Assembly: GCA_016839765.1 (NCBI GenBank)
Contig: JAEOTP010000015.1
Coordinates: 1 to 64,000, forward strand
Direction: 5' to 3'
Length of the DNA: 64,000 nucleotides
DNA from: Promethearchaeota archaeon
Lineage (GTDB): Archaea > Asgardarchaeota > Lokiarchaeia > Sigyniarchaeales > SOKP01
Part shown: in pieces, positions 41,827-52,197 of the stretch
Layout: every line of letters starts with the position of its first letter
Numbering within the stretch: the stretch's first letter is position 1
Made by a program: the position numbers and the translations under genes
The notes under the pieces: model-generated
Database searches by the model: none
The model's input: the letters and a program-made list of their open reading frames with translations, nothing else
Told to the model about the DNA's origin: nothing

Positions 41827-41994
41827 ATGGAAAAAAAATTAGATATACCACAAAATTTACATATTCTTTCTTGTCCATTCTTTAAGGGCTGTAATCTTCC
41901 AAAAAGTAGATGCAGTTTTCCTGAATATAAAGTATGTCCTGATTACCAATCTAAATTGAATGCTTTAAGACAGGAATCAAAAGTATTATATTAA
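41827..41994 (+). CDS. Small 4-Cys protein (55 aa; below ORF-track cutoff)
   Basis: GGAGTGAGGT SD then MEKKLDIPQNLHILSCPFFKGCNLPKSRCSFPEYKVCPDYQSKLNALRQESKVLY. Confidence 0.65.
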   Translation: MEKKLDIPQNLHILSCPFFKGCNLPKSRCSFPEYKVCPDYQSKLNALRQESKVLY

Positions 41995-42149
41995 AGATTT
42001 CCTAAGTTCTTCTTATTGAAATTAAATCTTTAAAGAATTCTTATATTTACTTAATAAGTTAGGTTTTGTTGTAATTAAAATACAATTTTTAACTAAAGGA
42101 ATATTTTATTTATTGATTTTTTAATTAGGAACTTGTTTTATTCTAAGGC

Positions 42150-43628
42150 GTGTTAAGCTTGAATGATAATAATATTGTTGATATATTTCTGAATCCTAAA
42201 TCTGTGGCGGTTATTGGAGCTTCAAAAAACATGTTAAAGGGAGGTTATCGTATTTTAAGTAATCTCGTGCTAAATAACTTCAATGGAAAAATATTTCCAG
42301 TTAATCCTAATGCGACTGGTAAATTATATGGTTTAGAATTTAAAAAGTCAGTGTTAGACATTGAAGAAGAAGTTGATATTGCTATATTTTATGTTCCAAA
42401 TCAATTAATTCCAAAATTATTAGAAGAATGTGTTAAAAAAGGCATAAAAGGAGCAATTATTGAAACTTCTGGATTTGAGGAAGTTGGTGAGAAAGGCCTT
42501 GAATTAAGTGACCAAATTTTAGAAATAACTGATACTTTTTCTAAAATAAGAATTGTTGGGCCTAATTGTATGGGCCTTACTAGAATCGATTCTGATAGTA
42601 ATAAAGAAAATAAAAGCGGCTTTTTTACTTCCTTTTTAGTATTTAATGAATATAAAAGAGGAAATATTGCTATTATAAGTCAATCAGGTATGTTAAATGG
42701 GGGATATTTTACCCATGTTGTCACCAAGTATCCAAATCTTGGTTTTAGATATATATGCTCTATTGGAAATAAAATGGATTTAAGTGAAATAGAATTTTTA
42801 GATTATTTCTTAAATGATACTGATATAAATGTTATTGCAATGTATCTTGAATCGTTTAAAGACCCTCGAAAATTCATTAATTTATGTAAAAAGGCAAAAA
42901 GTATGCCAGATAAAACAATCATTTTAGTTAAGGGAGGTTTAACTTCTCAAGGTCAGAGTTCTTCTTTAAGTCATACAGCCGCTCTTTCAGAAAACTTTAA
43001 GTTAACAGAAGGTGTGATTAAACAATCAGGAATTATTCAAGCTCGGAATTTTTTTGAATTATTTGAGTTTGCCAGGACTTTTTCTATGCTATATAAATCT
43101 AAGAAAATTTTACCAAAACGAGGATATCTTGCACAAGTTTTTGGATCAGGAGGAGCAGGAACAATTTCTGCCGATCTTACAATGCAGTATGGTTTAAAAC
43201 TTCCAATTTTGGGAGAGAAAGCATATTCTGCTCTTGTAGAATTATTTCCTCCATGGATGCCCCCAAATAAATTTGCATTTGTAGATATTTGGCCAGCTAT
43301 GGAAAAAGCTATGACTAATAGTAAAAATCCTCGGGATGTTATTCGATCTGTTTATAATATTTTATTAGAGGAACCTGAAATAGAAGGGATTTTTAACATG
43401 CTATTTTGCTCAAAGCAATTTAGAGCTGTAAATGATGTGAATAATCTGATTGATATAATATCCACCTATCCTAAACCTGTTTTTCTGTATTTGGTTGGAG
43501 AATTTGAAGAAACTCGTCAGATTTCTCAGCAACTAGGTAAAAATAATATACCTAGCTTTTCAAATTTAGAGGACATGGTAAAGAATTTCCAAATACTAAT
43601 TCAAGAATCAAAAAATAAAAGCAACTAG
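42150..43628 (+). CDS. ADP-forming acyl-CoA synthetase alpha-subunit-like CoA-binding protein
   Basis: PKSVAVIGAS, GPNCMG, SQSG, SIGNKMD, SHTAAL. Confidence 0.88.
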   Translation: MLSLNDNNIVDIFLNPKSVAVIGASKNMLKGGYRILSNLVLNNFNGKIFPVNPNATGKLYGLEFKKSVLDIEEEVDIAIFYVPNQLIPKLLEECVKKGIKGAIIETSGFEEVGEKGLELSDQILEITDTFSKIRIVGPNCMGLTRIDSDSNKENKSGFFTSFLVFNEYKRGNIAIISQSGMLNGGYFTHVVTKYPNLGFRYICSIGNKMDLSEIEFLDYFLNDTDINVIAMYLESFKDPRKFINLCKKAKSMPDKTIILVKGGLTSQGQSSSLSHTAALSENFKLTEGVIKQSGIIQARNFFELFEFARTFSMLYKSKKILPKRGYLAQVFGSGGAGTISADLTMQYGLKLPILGEKAYSALVELFPPWMPPNKFAFVDIWPAMEKAMTNSKNPRDVIRSVYNILLEEPEIEGIFNMLFCSKQFRAVNDVNNLIDIISTYPKPVFLYLVGEFEETRQISQQLGKNNIPSFSNLEDMVKNFQILIQESKNKSN

Positions 43629-43673
43629 CTTTTCTAGAAACAAATTAATTCTATAAAAAATTATTTACCTACT

Positions 43674-44906
43674 ATGAATCTTGAAAATACTTCTTTTTAT
43701 AACTTTATAATAGTTGGAGCTGGACCAGCGGGTTTGACTGCTGGAATAGTAGCTGCTAGGAAAGGATTTTCAACAATCATATTAGAAAAAGGAAAAATTG
43801 CAGGACCAAAACCGAGAGGGGAAGGAATGGCTCATATGCCTATAGTAGACAAAATATTAGGAAAAGATTTTCTTCCTTCAATTGGATTGAAATCTAATGG
43901 TGGACGAGTTTGGCACTCCCCTGGTGATTTAAAATCCAGTACTACATATCGGGATTATCCTCACTATTTCTTTGAATGGCGTACATTCATTGATCGATTC
44001 GTAGGGGCGGCTAATGAATTAAAGGTTCCAGTCTTACTGAATAGTGAAGTAATTGAGCCTATTGAAAGAAAAAATGTAACTATAGGTGTGAAATACAGAG
44101 ATAAAGAAGGAAATGTCAAGGAAATCTATGGAAATGCGATTTTAGATTGTAGTGGTTATGAAGGAGTTATTGGAAAGAAATATGGAATATCTTATAATGA
44201 GATGAATTGCCCTATAATTAAATGTCTTATTAGTAATGCAAACTATGATCTAGAAGAACATCCTGATTTGGAATACTTCTTTATAGGTAATGGTGATTTA
44301 GATTATTCCCCAAACTTTCCTCCAAGTGTTGCTTATTTCTTCCCTTTAGATAATAAAAAAGCTGAAGTAGGTTTGATGTTGAGAATGGCACAAGTTCCCA
44401 ATATGAAAACAGTTAAAATTCCTAACGAAAATGAAATAATGAAAGTTTGGGATTCCATTAAAGCCTCATATCCAAGCTTTAGTGAATTTTTTAAAGGCGC
44501 TAATATTGATTATGAAGAACCAACCCAATTACCAAACGTTAAAATGGCAGAAATCTTTGTGCCAAATCCAGGAGTGGTGTTGATAGGTGATAGTGCAGGA
44601 TTTGTAAATCCATTTGGTTCGTCTGGACTCTACTTTTCTATGGAAATGGGTAACTTTTGGGTTAATATAATCTCAGAAAAATTGAAAAATACCAATAATG
44701 ACATAAAATACAACGAAATCTTATGGAATACTAAAAATATCAATGAATTCAATAGTAAATTTGAAAATTTTGAAGTATTTAAACAGGTACAGCATATGTA
44801 CAATCTGATTGGAGCATTTGAATATAAGATTTTCAATAGATTACGTACAGCAGAGAAAATTAATAGAAAATGGGACTATATTAAATCACTCTTAAAACAA
44901 GCATAA
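43674..44906 (+). CDS. Geranylgeranyl-reductase-family FAD oxidoreductase
   Basis: IVGAGPAG, KPRGEG, YFFP, LIGDSAGFVNPFGSSGL. Confidence 0.8.
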   Translation: MNLENTSFYNFIIVGAGPAGLTAGIVAARKGFSTIILEKGKIAGPKPRGEGMAHMPIVDKILGKDFLPSIGLKSNGGRVWHSPGDLKSSTTYRDYPHYFFEWRTFIDRFVGAANELKVPVLLNSEVIEPIERKNVTIGVKYRDKEGNVKEIYGNAILDCSGYEGVIGKKYGISYNEMNCPIIKCLISNANYDLEEHPDLEYFFIGNGDLDYSPNFPPSVAYFFPLDNKKAEVGLMLRMAQVPNMKTVKIPNENEIMKVWDSIKASYPSFSEFFKGANIDYEEPTQLPNVKMAEIFVPNPGVVLIGDSAGFVNPFGSSGLYFSMEMGNFWVNIISEKLKNTNNDIKYNEILWNTKNINEFNSKFENFEVFKQVQHMYNLIGAFEYKIFNRLRTAEKINRKWDYIKSLLKQA

Positions 44907-45121
44907 TCTCATTGGGTTAAAAATAGTTCAAAAATATCATTTCTTCACAGAAGAAAGGGTGAAAGTATGATTTTTAACAATTAATAAATAATACTAATAA
45001 GAGTATGAACTATTGAGATTGTTAATTGTAGTAATTGTAGTAAAATCTTTAAATAATTTGAAACTTAATTTTGTTTAATTACTTATTTGAATAAAACACT
45101 TAAAATTGGAGAAAATTTAGA

Positions 45122-46885
45122 ATGTACCATTTAGATGGAACAGACGTTTTAGAGGCAAAATATTACAGAAAGACTTTTAGTATATGCCCAGAATGCATGG
45201 AAAGAATTCCAGCTGAAGTTTACGAAGATGATAATGAAGAGATCTGGATGAAAAAAAATTGTCTGGAACATGGCGATTTTAAAGACAAAATAAGCTCTTC
45301 CGCAAAATATTACAAATGGACTCACCATGCCATGAAAGATAAAGACGGAAACATCGTATGGCAATTCGATAAGGATGGAGAAGCTAATCCTGCTGATTGT
45401 GCACCAGAAGATCCACGAGGTTGTCCTTATAACTGTGGACTCTGTCCAGAACATAAATCTACATGCGCATTGGCTTTAATCGATTTAACTAATCGCTGTA
45501 ATTTTAACTGTAATTTCTGTTATGCTAATGTGGAAAAAGCTGGTTATTTAATTGAACCGACATTAGAAGAAATCGGACGAATTATGGACCATTTTAGAAA
45601 TAAACCACTTCCTGCCGTTGCCATCATGTTCACCGGAGGAGAACCAACCGTAAGAAAAGACTTCCCTGAAATCTGCAAGATGGCAAAGGACAAAGGATTT
45701 AAAGAGGTCATTGTAGCCACAAACGGATATGGATTCCAACGTAAGAAAGGCGGACTAGAATTTACTAAAAAATGTTGGGAAATGGGTTTAGATACCTTGT
45801 ATTTCCAATTTGATGGAATTAATGATATTACCTATGAAAAAACTCGTGGAATTAAAAATCTTATGGCATATAAGCAAAGAGTCATAGATAACTGTCGAAA
45901 GGCAGGTCTTAGTTCCGTTGTTTTAGTCGCAACGATTGCCAAGGGTGTTACTGACATTGAGATTGGAAATATAATACAATATTCGATTGATAACATTGAC
46001 ATTGTGCGAGGTATTACTTTCCAACCGGTTTCGCTATGTGGACGGATTACAGCAGAAGAGATGGATGATCTTCGAATAACAAATGCAGATGTTTTAAAAG
46101 CAATTGAGGAACAAACTGGTGGAAAGATCAGCATGGAAAATGCATGGTATCCGCTGACAACTATAGTGGAGTTCGGCAGACTCATCGCATATTTAGCTGA
46201 AGTTGAGCCTATTGAATTTACTTGCCACCCTGATTGCGGATTTGCTACTTACATGGCGATAGATCCCGATACACATGAAATGGTTCCAATTATGGACTAT
46301 TTCGATCCGTTGAAAGTTATTGATTTTGCTAATAAATTCTGGGAAAAAATCAAACATAAAGAAAAACAGGAGATTAAATTCTTTGAAAATTTTATGGGTG
46401 ATTTTGGAAAAACACTTGATAAAGGCTTGAATTTTCTTGATAAAACTCAGCTTCGCGCCAGATTTCTTTTAGGAATATTACAATACATGAAAAAACCAGG
46501 AAAACTTATGGAGATGTTTGGTAGATTAATAATGAATGGGGATTGGGAGAGTATTAGCTCATTCAGCCATGGAACGCTCTTACTTTCAAGTATGCACTTC
46601 CAAGATGCATATAATATGGATCTCGAAAGGACAAAAAGATGTATTGTACATTTTGGAGTAGCTATGCCAGATGGAACTGTAAACGAGATTTCATTTTGTA
46701 CTATGAATACACTGCATCGTCCCAATATAGAGAAACAAGTCGCTAAAAAAATTACACAAAAAGTTAGAGACGAATTTGATACTGCAGTTGGTCAAGCCAG
46801 AAAGGACATTGAACAGGAAGTAGAGCTAGAAGTTGCTCAAAATGGTGGTATTGATAGAAATGAACTAGAAGAGGAGGAGGAATAA
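45122..46885 (+). CDS. tes: Radical SAM tetraether lipid synthase (Tes/GDGT-MAS family)
   Basis: N-terminal SICPEC...C.EHG, GCPYNCGLCPEH, TNRCNFNCNFCYA, FQPVS..GR, TCHPDCG, MHFQDAYN.D.ER..RC..H...FC.MN. Confidence 0.85.
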   Translation: MYHLDGTDVLEAKYYRKTFSICPECMERIPAEVYEDDNEEIWMKKNCLEHGDFKDKISSSAKYYKWTHHAMKDKDGNIVWQFDKDGEANPADCAPEDPRGCPYNCGLCPEHKSTCALALIDLTNRCNFNCNFCYANVEKAGYLIEPTLEEIGRIMDHFRNKPLPAVAIMFTGGEPTVRKDFPEICKMAKDKGFKEVIVATNGYGFQRKKGGLEFTKKCWEMGLDTLYFQFDGINDITYEKTRGIKNLMAYKQRVIDNCRKAGLSSVVLVATIAKGVTDIEIGNIIQYSIDNIDIVRGITFQPVSLCGRITAEEMDDLRITNADVLKAIEEQTGGKISMENAWYPLTTIVEFGRLIAYLAEVEPIEFTCHPDCGFATYMAIDPDTHEMVPIMDYFDPLKVIDFANKFWEKIKHKEKQEIKFFENFMGDFGKTLDKGLNFLDKTQLRARFLLGILQYMKKPGKLMEMFGRLIMNGDWESISSFSHGTLLLSSMHFQDAYNMDLERTKRCIVHFGVAMPDGTVNEISFCTMNTLHRPNIEKQVAKKITQKVRDEFDTAVGQARKDIEQEVELEVAQNGGIDRNELEEEEE

Positions 46886-47173
46886 ATGCCGGAAGAAATA
46901 ATAGAAACAAAAGATGGGCTTAAACTTCGTAAACTGGCTGAATTGAAAACTTCAGCGGAAAAAGATTACGAAGATGCAATGCTTAGTCGAGTAGAATACT
47001 TCAAGAAGAAAAATGAAGAAAAAAGCGGGTTTAATAGTACTTTGCAGAACACTTTCTTTAAAGCTTTCAGTACTGCTTTAGATCTTAAGGTAAACATAGA
47101 TAAGGCCTTAGGAGAGGAAAATTTGAAGAAGATTCGTGATGTAATAGACAATATCCTCTTATTTGGCTTATAA
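46886..47173 (+). CDS. Hypothetical helical protein abutting tes
   Basis: ATG directly follows tes TAA; GGAGG SD lies inside the tes 3' end. Confidence 0.75.
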   Translation: MPEEIIETKDGLKLRKLAELKTSAEKDYEDAMLSRVEYFKKKNEEKSGFNSTLQNTFFKAFSTALDLKVNIDKALGEENLKKIRDVIDNILLFGL

Positions 47174-47331
47174 ATTATTTTTTGAAACTTTTTTTATTTT
47201 ATTTTGATTTTTCTTTTAAACCATAATAGGAATATTTTTAATTTTATAGGATTGTTAAATTATTAAAAAAGGGGATAAACTTTCCACTTTATTTATAATT
47301 TTTAAACTAACCTATTAATGATTATAATAAT

Positions 47332-47826
47332 ATGTCTATGAATGTAATACTATATGGAGATTTGAAACATAAGGAGCAGCAAAAGACCAATAAAGACAGC
47401 AGTCCTTTAAAAATTAATATTTCAAATAGAGAAATAAATACTGTATATGATCTTTTAGATAATCTTAACATAGGAGAGAATAAAATAAGTCATATCTTCG
47501 TTAATCATAATTATTGTGGTCCTGGAAAAGAAATTAAAGAAGGAGATAGAGTTGCCTTATTTCCAAAAAGAATGGCTTTAATGTTTGTAGAAATTCCTCA
47601 ATCAAATTCAATTGAGGTTAGAGTTAAGCTTTCTGCTGATTTAAGAAAATATGGACCAGAGGAGTCTATAATAGCCATACCAGAAGGTAGCAATCTACTA
47701 AAAATATTTAAAAAATACAATATCACTAAAGAAGAAAGAAATTTAACAACATTGATAAATGGAATTGCTTGTCATGACAAACAATATATTTTAAGAAGTG
47801 GAGATGTTGTTGCATTTAAAATATAA
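47332..47826 (+). CDS. Tandem MoaD/ThiS (ubiquitin-like beta-grasp) domain protein lacking C-terminal GG
   Basis: Two repeats: V.LYGDL...IFVN...IKEGDRVALFP and V.LSADL...LING...LRSGDVVAF. Confidence 0.75.
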   Translation: MSMNVILYGDLKHKEQQKTNKDSSPLKINISNREINTVYDLLDNLNIGENKISHIFVNHNYCGPGKEIKEGDRVALFPKRMALMFVEIPQSNSIEVRVKLSADLRKYGPEESIIAIPEGSNLLKIFKKYNITKEERNLTTLINGIACHDKQYILRSGDVVAFKI

Positions 47827-47914
47827 TTCTTCTTTTGAGATTTTTTAGTATTTATCAAATTATAATTCAATTTTCCAAAGTTATTTTTGAGATAGTAATT
47901 TAAATTAGATTAAG

Positions 47915-48997
47915 ATGATTTTTAACTTCTTTACCTTATCTATTACACTTTTATTTATTGTAAATGCGTTCGCTCAATTATATTATGCAATCAAGTTAAG
48001 AAAGAATTTTTCGGAAAAACATAATATAATTAATTCAGTACTAGTATTTTTGCTTTGGATTCTTGCGGGAATATTATATCCTTTTTTTTATATAAGAGAT
48101 GATGTGTATACCAGATGGTTTCAATCATTATCAATGCAAATAATATGTATATACGCTCCGCTTCTTATTCTTTTTATATTATTTTATCAACGTCGCTTCG
48201 TTATTAAGAATAACAAGGAACTAATACATGAAAGGTCAATTGAAAATTTTTTAGAAAAAATGGATTCTGTTTATAAAGGTAAATCTGAAAATAAGAATTA
48301 TCCGTTAATCACCGATTTACATAGAAAAGCGTTTCATTTGATACCAGTCGTGGTAATTATTTTTTTGTGGTTATTTGCTGTTAAAATATGGGATGGAATA
48401 TGGGACGCAGATCTTTTTTGGGGCATAACTGGAGAGGAATACGCTATTTTTTTGATTGTAACTGTCGGATATACAGGTATACTGATATTTGCAGCATTAG
48501 ATTACGTCCGTTTATCCTACATATTTGAAAGTAGGAATATTTATCATCTAATGCCAAGTTCTATTTCAAATATCTTAGCAAAAACGTTAAAACCTAATGA
48601 AATATATGAATTTACTAAACCTGTCGCTTTAGTTTTGTCTTTTGTTCCTATTTTTTTCCTTCCTATAAGTATTTTTTCAGCAACAGCATTAATCTCTACT
48701 TTAGGTGATGGCGCAGCTTCTATTTTTGGGATACGATTTGGAAAAAAAACCTTTCCTAAAGGAAGTAAAAAAACTATAATCGGATATCTGGCTGGCTTTT
48801 TATCATCTCTAGGTTGCTCTATCATTGTGTTTTTAATTTTTGAGCCATTTATGCCTATAATTAAATTGAGCATTATTTCACTTAGTGGAGCTTTAACATT
48901 TTTGACTATAGATTTGTTAAATTTAAAAATAGATGATAATATTACCAATCCAATATTTTGTGGATTAATAATGTTCCTAGTTTTTCTTTATATTTAG
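47915..48997 (+). CDS. CTP-dependent polyprenol/phytol/DAG kinase-like membrane protein
   Basis: RKAFHL, LGDGAASIFG.RFG, KKTIIG..AG, IDDNITNP. Confidence 0.8.
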   Translation: MIFNFFTLSITLLFIVNAFAQLYYAIKLRKNFSEKHNIINSVLVFLLWILAGILYPFFYIRDDVYTRWFQSLSMQIICIYAPLLILFILFYQRRFVIKNNKELIHERSIENFLEKMDSVYKGKSENKNYPLITDLHRKAFHLIPVVVIIFLWLFAVKIWDGIWDADLFWGITGEEYAIFLIVTVGYTGILIFAALDYVRLSYIFESRNIYHLMPSSISNILAKTLKPNEIYEFTKPVALVLSFVPIFFLPISIFSATALISTLGDGAASIFGIRFGKKTFPKGSKKTIIGYLAGFLSSLGCSIIVFLIFEPFMPIIKLSIISLSGALTFLTIDLLNLKIDDNITNPIFCGLIMFLVFLYI

Positions 48998-49021
48998 AAA
49001 TGACAGTTAGAATTTAATAGG

Positions 49022-51982
49022 CTAAAAAAAAGCATCTAACTTCTTAGTTTCAATCTCTTTTTTTGATCTTTTTTGATACCCTTTATATATAATCTCTTCA
49101 AATTCAATATTCAAAGCGTCCAATACCTGTTCTAGTGCTGATTGTAAAAGATCTCTATATTTTGACACATCTAAATCCTGAAATTTTGCTAATTCCAGAA
49201 CCTTCGCTCCAGTCTTGTCATTGCTTTTAATAAAACTTATTGTTTCCCCCTTTTGATACTTTTTTCCAGTGGCTTTATGATGTTCTTTAGCTGCTCTTAC
49301 ATGTTGAGGAATTACCTTATCATATCTACTAATATCTTTCTGTATACTAATATTAATAGTGTAATCTTCTAAGTTAAATGCATCAGGTTTACCTATTTTA
49401 TTTCTATTATCCTTTATAATTTCAATTATTCTCTTTCTTGCTTTCTTAAATTCCTGATCATTAGTTACATTTTTTAAGATATCCAATATCTCATTGAAAA
49501 CCTTTTTGATAAAATCCGGAGTATTTTTCTTTTTAGCCACTAATCCTTTTATATCAATATATTTCGTATCCTTATATATACCTACATAATTTTTTTTTCT
49601 CTGAGAAAGTGCTAAGAATTGGTATGTTTTTTCCTCTTCTAAATCTAAATCTAACTCTTTTTTGCTCCATTCAGATATTTCTTTCATTTGTTGTTTCGTT
49701 GGGTTCGCTAAAAACACCGAGTCTGTATCGCCATATAATACTTCTACTCCTAATTCCTCTGCTTTTTTAATAGTCTGTTTGATTGAATATTGACCTATCC
49801 CAGTAGTACTTTCAGCAACTGGTAAGCAAAACAATGGAAAGTTTTGACTACCAAAAACTCCATAGGACCCATTTATAAATACTTTAAGAGCTTGTTGAAT
49901 TGTTTGATAATAGCTCCTCTGTTTGGGAGAAGTATTTTTATCGCTTGATTTAGGTTTGAAAAATTTCACTCTAATGTCTCGGAAAAATCCTACAACATAC
50001 GCAAATATTCCCATCTTATGTGTACATATATGATAAGGTGTTCCTTTCACAAAATTATTTTTATCATCTTCATGAGGACAGAGTACAGTTTCATAAGAAA
50101 GATTAGATTCTTTAATAATAGAAGGATATAGGCTGGCAAAATCCATAACAACAACATTATAATGAATTCCGGGTACAGGTGGAACAACATAAGCTCCAAG
50201 AAATTTTTCATCATCAAATTTAGACATTAAGGCTCCACCTTTTTTTAATTCTGAGATCTCTGATCGCCTTGGAATGAGATATTCCTTTCTGCGGTGTTCA
50301 AAATAGAAGATACTCTGGATCCAAGTTGAAATTTGACGTCTAACCATTTCATGAATTGGCAATTTAGTTATCCTACACAATAAAATGATTAAATTCCACA
50401 CTAATGAATTATTGAACTGTGTCAATTCCAATGTTAAAATGGAATCTTTTAGATTGTACCACGTGAGAATATCATATTCCATTTCATAAATTTCTTCTTC
50501 ATGCTCGTATTTTTTTCTACCTAATAATGCTGCACTTATCGCATTTAGCGAAGCACTTTCATATGCTCCACCAAATGCATAACCAGAAATACTTCTATTA
50601 AAGAAAAAGTTAAATAAATCAATATGGACTCCCTTTCTGAGATCGCAATCTGATTTTGAAAGTAATCCATATCCTCTTTTTACATGTATAGGATTTAAAT
50701 CTCTATCAATTTTTAATTTGTCTGCTCGATGAGACATATAATTCAGATCAAAATTATCTCCATTAAAGGTAATTATTATCGGATATTCCCATAAAATCCT
50801 GAAAGTCTCCTCTAATAACTCCTTTTCATCTTTAAAATAGAAAAGTTGAGCATCAGAAGGAAAATCTTTATGAACTTTCCGATATGAGAAGCCCTCCCTT
50901 TCTAAAACATAAACAAACTTGAGTCCATCATTTGAAACAAATGAAACGCTAATTATCTCTTGTTTTGCGAGTTGAGGATCAGGTATAATAAAATCTTCTG
51001 GTCCTAAATTAACTTCAATGTCCATTGCTAAACGCTTCACATCGGGTATTGGTGTAAGGAAAATATTCAAAAATTTCTCAGAAAATTCTTGTATCTCTGG
51101 AGATTCATCTTTAAAAACATTTCTAAGTTCGCTAGCCATTGTTTTTGATTCTTCTGAATCTTCTTCAAAACTTATTTTCTCAATTTTTCCATTCTTAATT
51201 TTATAAATTAGTCCAGGAATTAATTGTATATCGTATATATAATTCAAGTGGTATCTAATATCTGCCTCCCAGGCTTTAATATCATTTTTACCTAAAATAT
51301 TTTTTATATTTAAACCTGAACCACCAATATTTGTAGGAGTTTTACCATAGATTTTTGAAATCTCGATTTCTTTATCACTGATCAAATCATAACGCTTTAT
51401 TTCCTCAAATCGCTTAAATCCGTCGTACTCCGTTATTTTCTTTTGTATTACATGCTCATTAATTCTTTCTTCATAGTATAAATTTTTTAATTCCGATATT
51501 GGCTCCTTACTTAAACAGTATGGTTCATGGCCAGTTGTATCAATCCAGATCCTTATTTCATCTGAATCTAGATCATAAAATTTACAATAAGCTTTATTTT
51601 GCCCACCATCATAATCAACGTCGAGCAATAATCCTCTTTCTAGATTTTGAATAAGTTCTCCTTTTTTATTCAGATAGCGTATATATTTTGAGGAAACTGA
51701 TTCACGAAATATTTTTTCCACCTTTATATTACCCTTTTTCAATCCAAAGGGTTCGGGATTTCCTTTAAAGAATAATTTCTGAGGAATTGATTTTAATTGA
51801 GACTCTTGTATTAAAATCTCTTTTTCTTCTTCAATATCATCTTTTTCAATTATTTTTTCTTCTAATGAGTCTTGTTCATAAGTTCCTTTTTCTACCTTCG
51901 GTTTATCATCAACAAATGAAATAAGAGACTTTTGCTTTTGATCTGGGGTTTTTTCCTTATCAGATTTTTTGGAGCTTGGCAA
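49022..51982 (-). CDS. polB: Family B DNA polymerase (PolB1-like)
   Basis: DIEV, FNGDNFD exonuclease motifs; DFASLYPSII, QALKVFINGSYGVFG, YGDTDS, KKNY; no intein seen. Confidence 0.96.
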   Translation of the reverse strand: MPSSKKSDKEKTPDQKQKSLISFVDDKPKVEKGTYEQDSLEEKIIEKDDIEEEKEILIQESQLKSIPQKLFFKGNPEPFGLKKGNIKVEKIFRESVSSKYIRYLNKKGELIQNLERGLLLDVDYDGGQNKAYCKFYDLDSDEIRIWIDTTGHEPYCLSKEPISELKNLYYEERINEHVIQKKITEYDGFKRFEEIKRYDLISDKEIEISKIYGKTPTNIGGSGLNIKNILGKNDIKAWEADIRYHLNYIYDIQLIPGLIYKIKNGKIEKISFEEDSEESKTMASELRNVFKDESPEIQEFSEKFLNIFLTPIPDVKRLAMDIEVNLGPEDFIIPDPQLAKQEIISVSFVSNDGLKFVYVLEREGFSYRKVHKDFPSDAQLFYFKDEKELLEETFRILWEYPIIITFNGDNFDLNYMSHRADKLKIDRDLNPIHVKRGYGLLSKSDCDLRKGVHIDLFNFFFNRSISGYAFGGAYESASLNAISAALLGRKKYEHEEEIYEMEYDILTWYNLKDSILTLELTQFNNSLVWNLIILLCRITKLPIHEMVRRQISTWIQSIFYFEHRRKEYLIPRRSEISELKKGGALMSKFDDEKFLGAYVVPPVPGIHYNVVVMDFASLYPSIIKESNLSYETVLCPHEDDKNNFVKGTPYHICTHKMGIFAYVVGFFRDIRVKFFKPKSSDKNTSPKQRSYYQTIQQALKVFINGSYGVFGSQNFPLFCLPVAESTTGIGQYSIKQTIKKAEELGVEVLYGDTDSVFLANPTKQQMKEISEWSKKELDLDLEEEKTYQFLALSQRKKNYVGIYKDTKYIDIKGLVAKKKNTPDFIKKVFNEILDILKNVTNDQEFKKARKRIIEIIKDNRNKIGKPDAFNLEDYTINISIQKDISRYDKVIPQHVRAAKEHHKATGKKYQKGETISFIKSNDKTGAKVLELAKFQDLDVSKYRDLLQSALEQVLDALNIEFEEIIYKGYQKRSKKEIETKKLDAFF

Positions 51983-52197
51983 AATAATTACCTTTTAAAA
52001 ATTAAATTTAACTTTCTAATTAATAATATTATAATATTCATTATAATCTCAACTATTTTTAATTTAATAACCATATATAAGGATAGGGACTAATAAAAAC
52101 CATTAATAAAGTGAATAACATTCAAAGAAATTCTAATTAATAATAATAATGTAACTAATTTATTGAAAAATAAGAAGCATTATTTTATCTTTGAAAT

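Noticed and set aside
44941-45043. TTCTTC-N3-GAAGAA palindrome and TAATTGTAG tandem repeat upstream of tes
   Set aside because: Short low-complexity motifs expected by chance in AT-rich DNA
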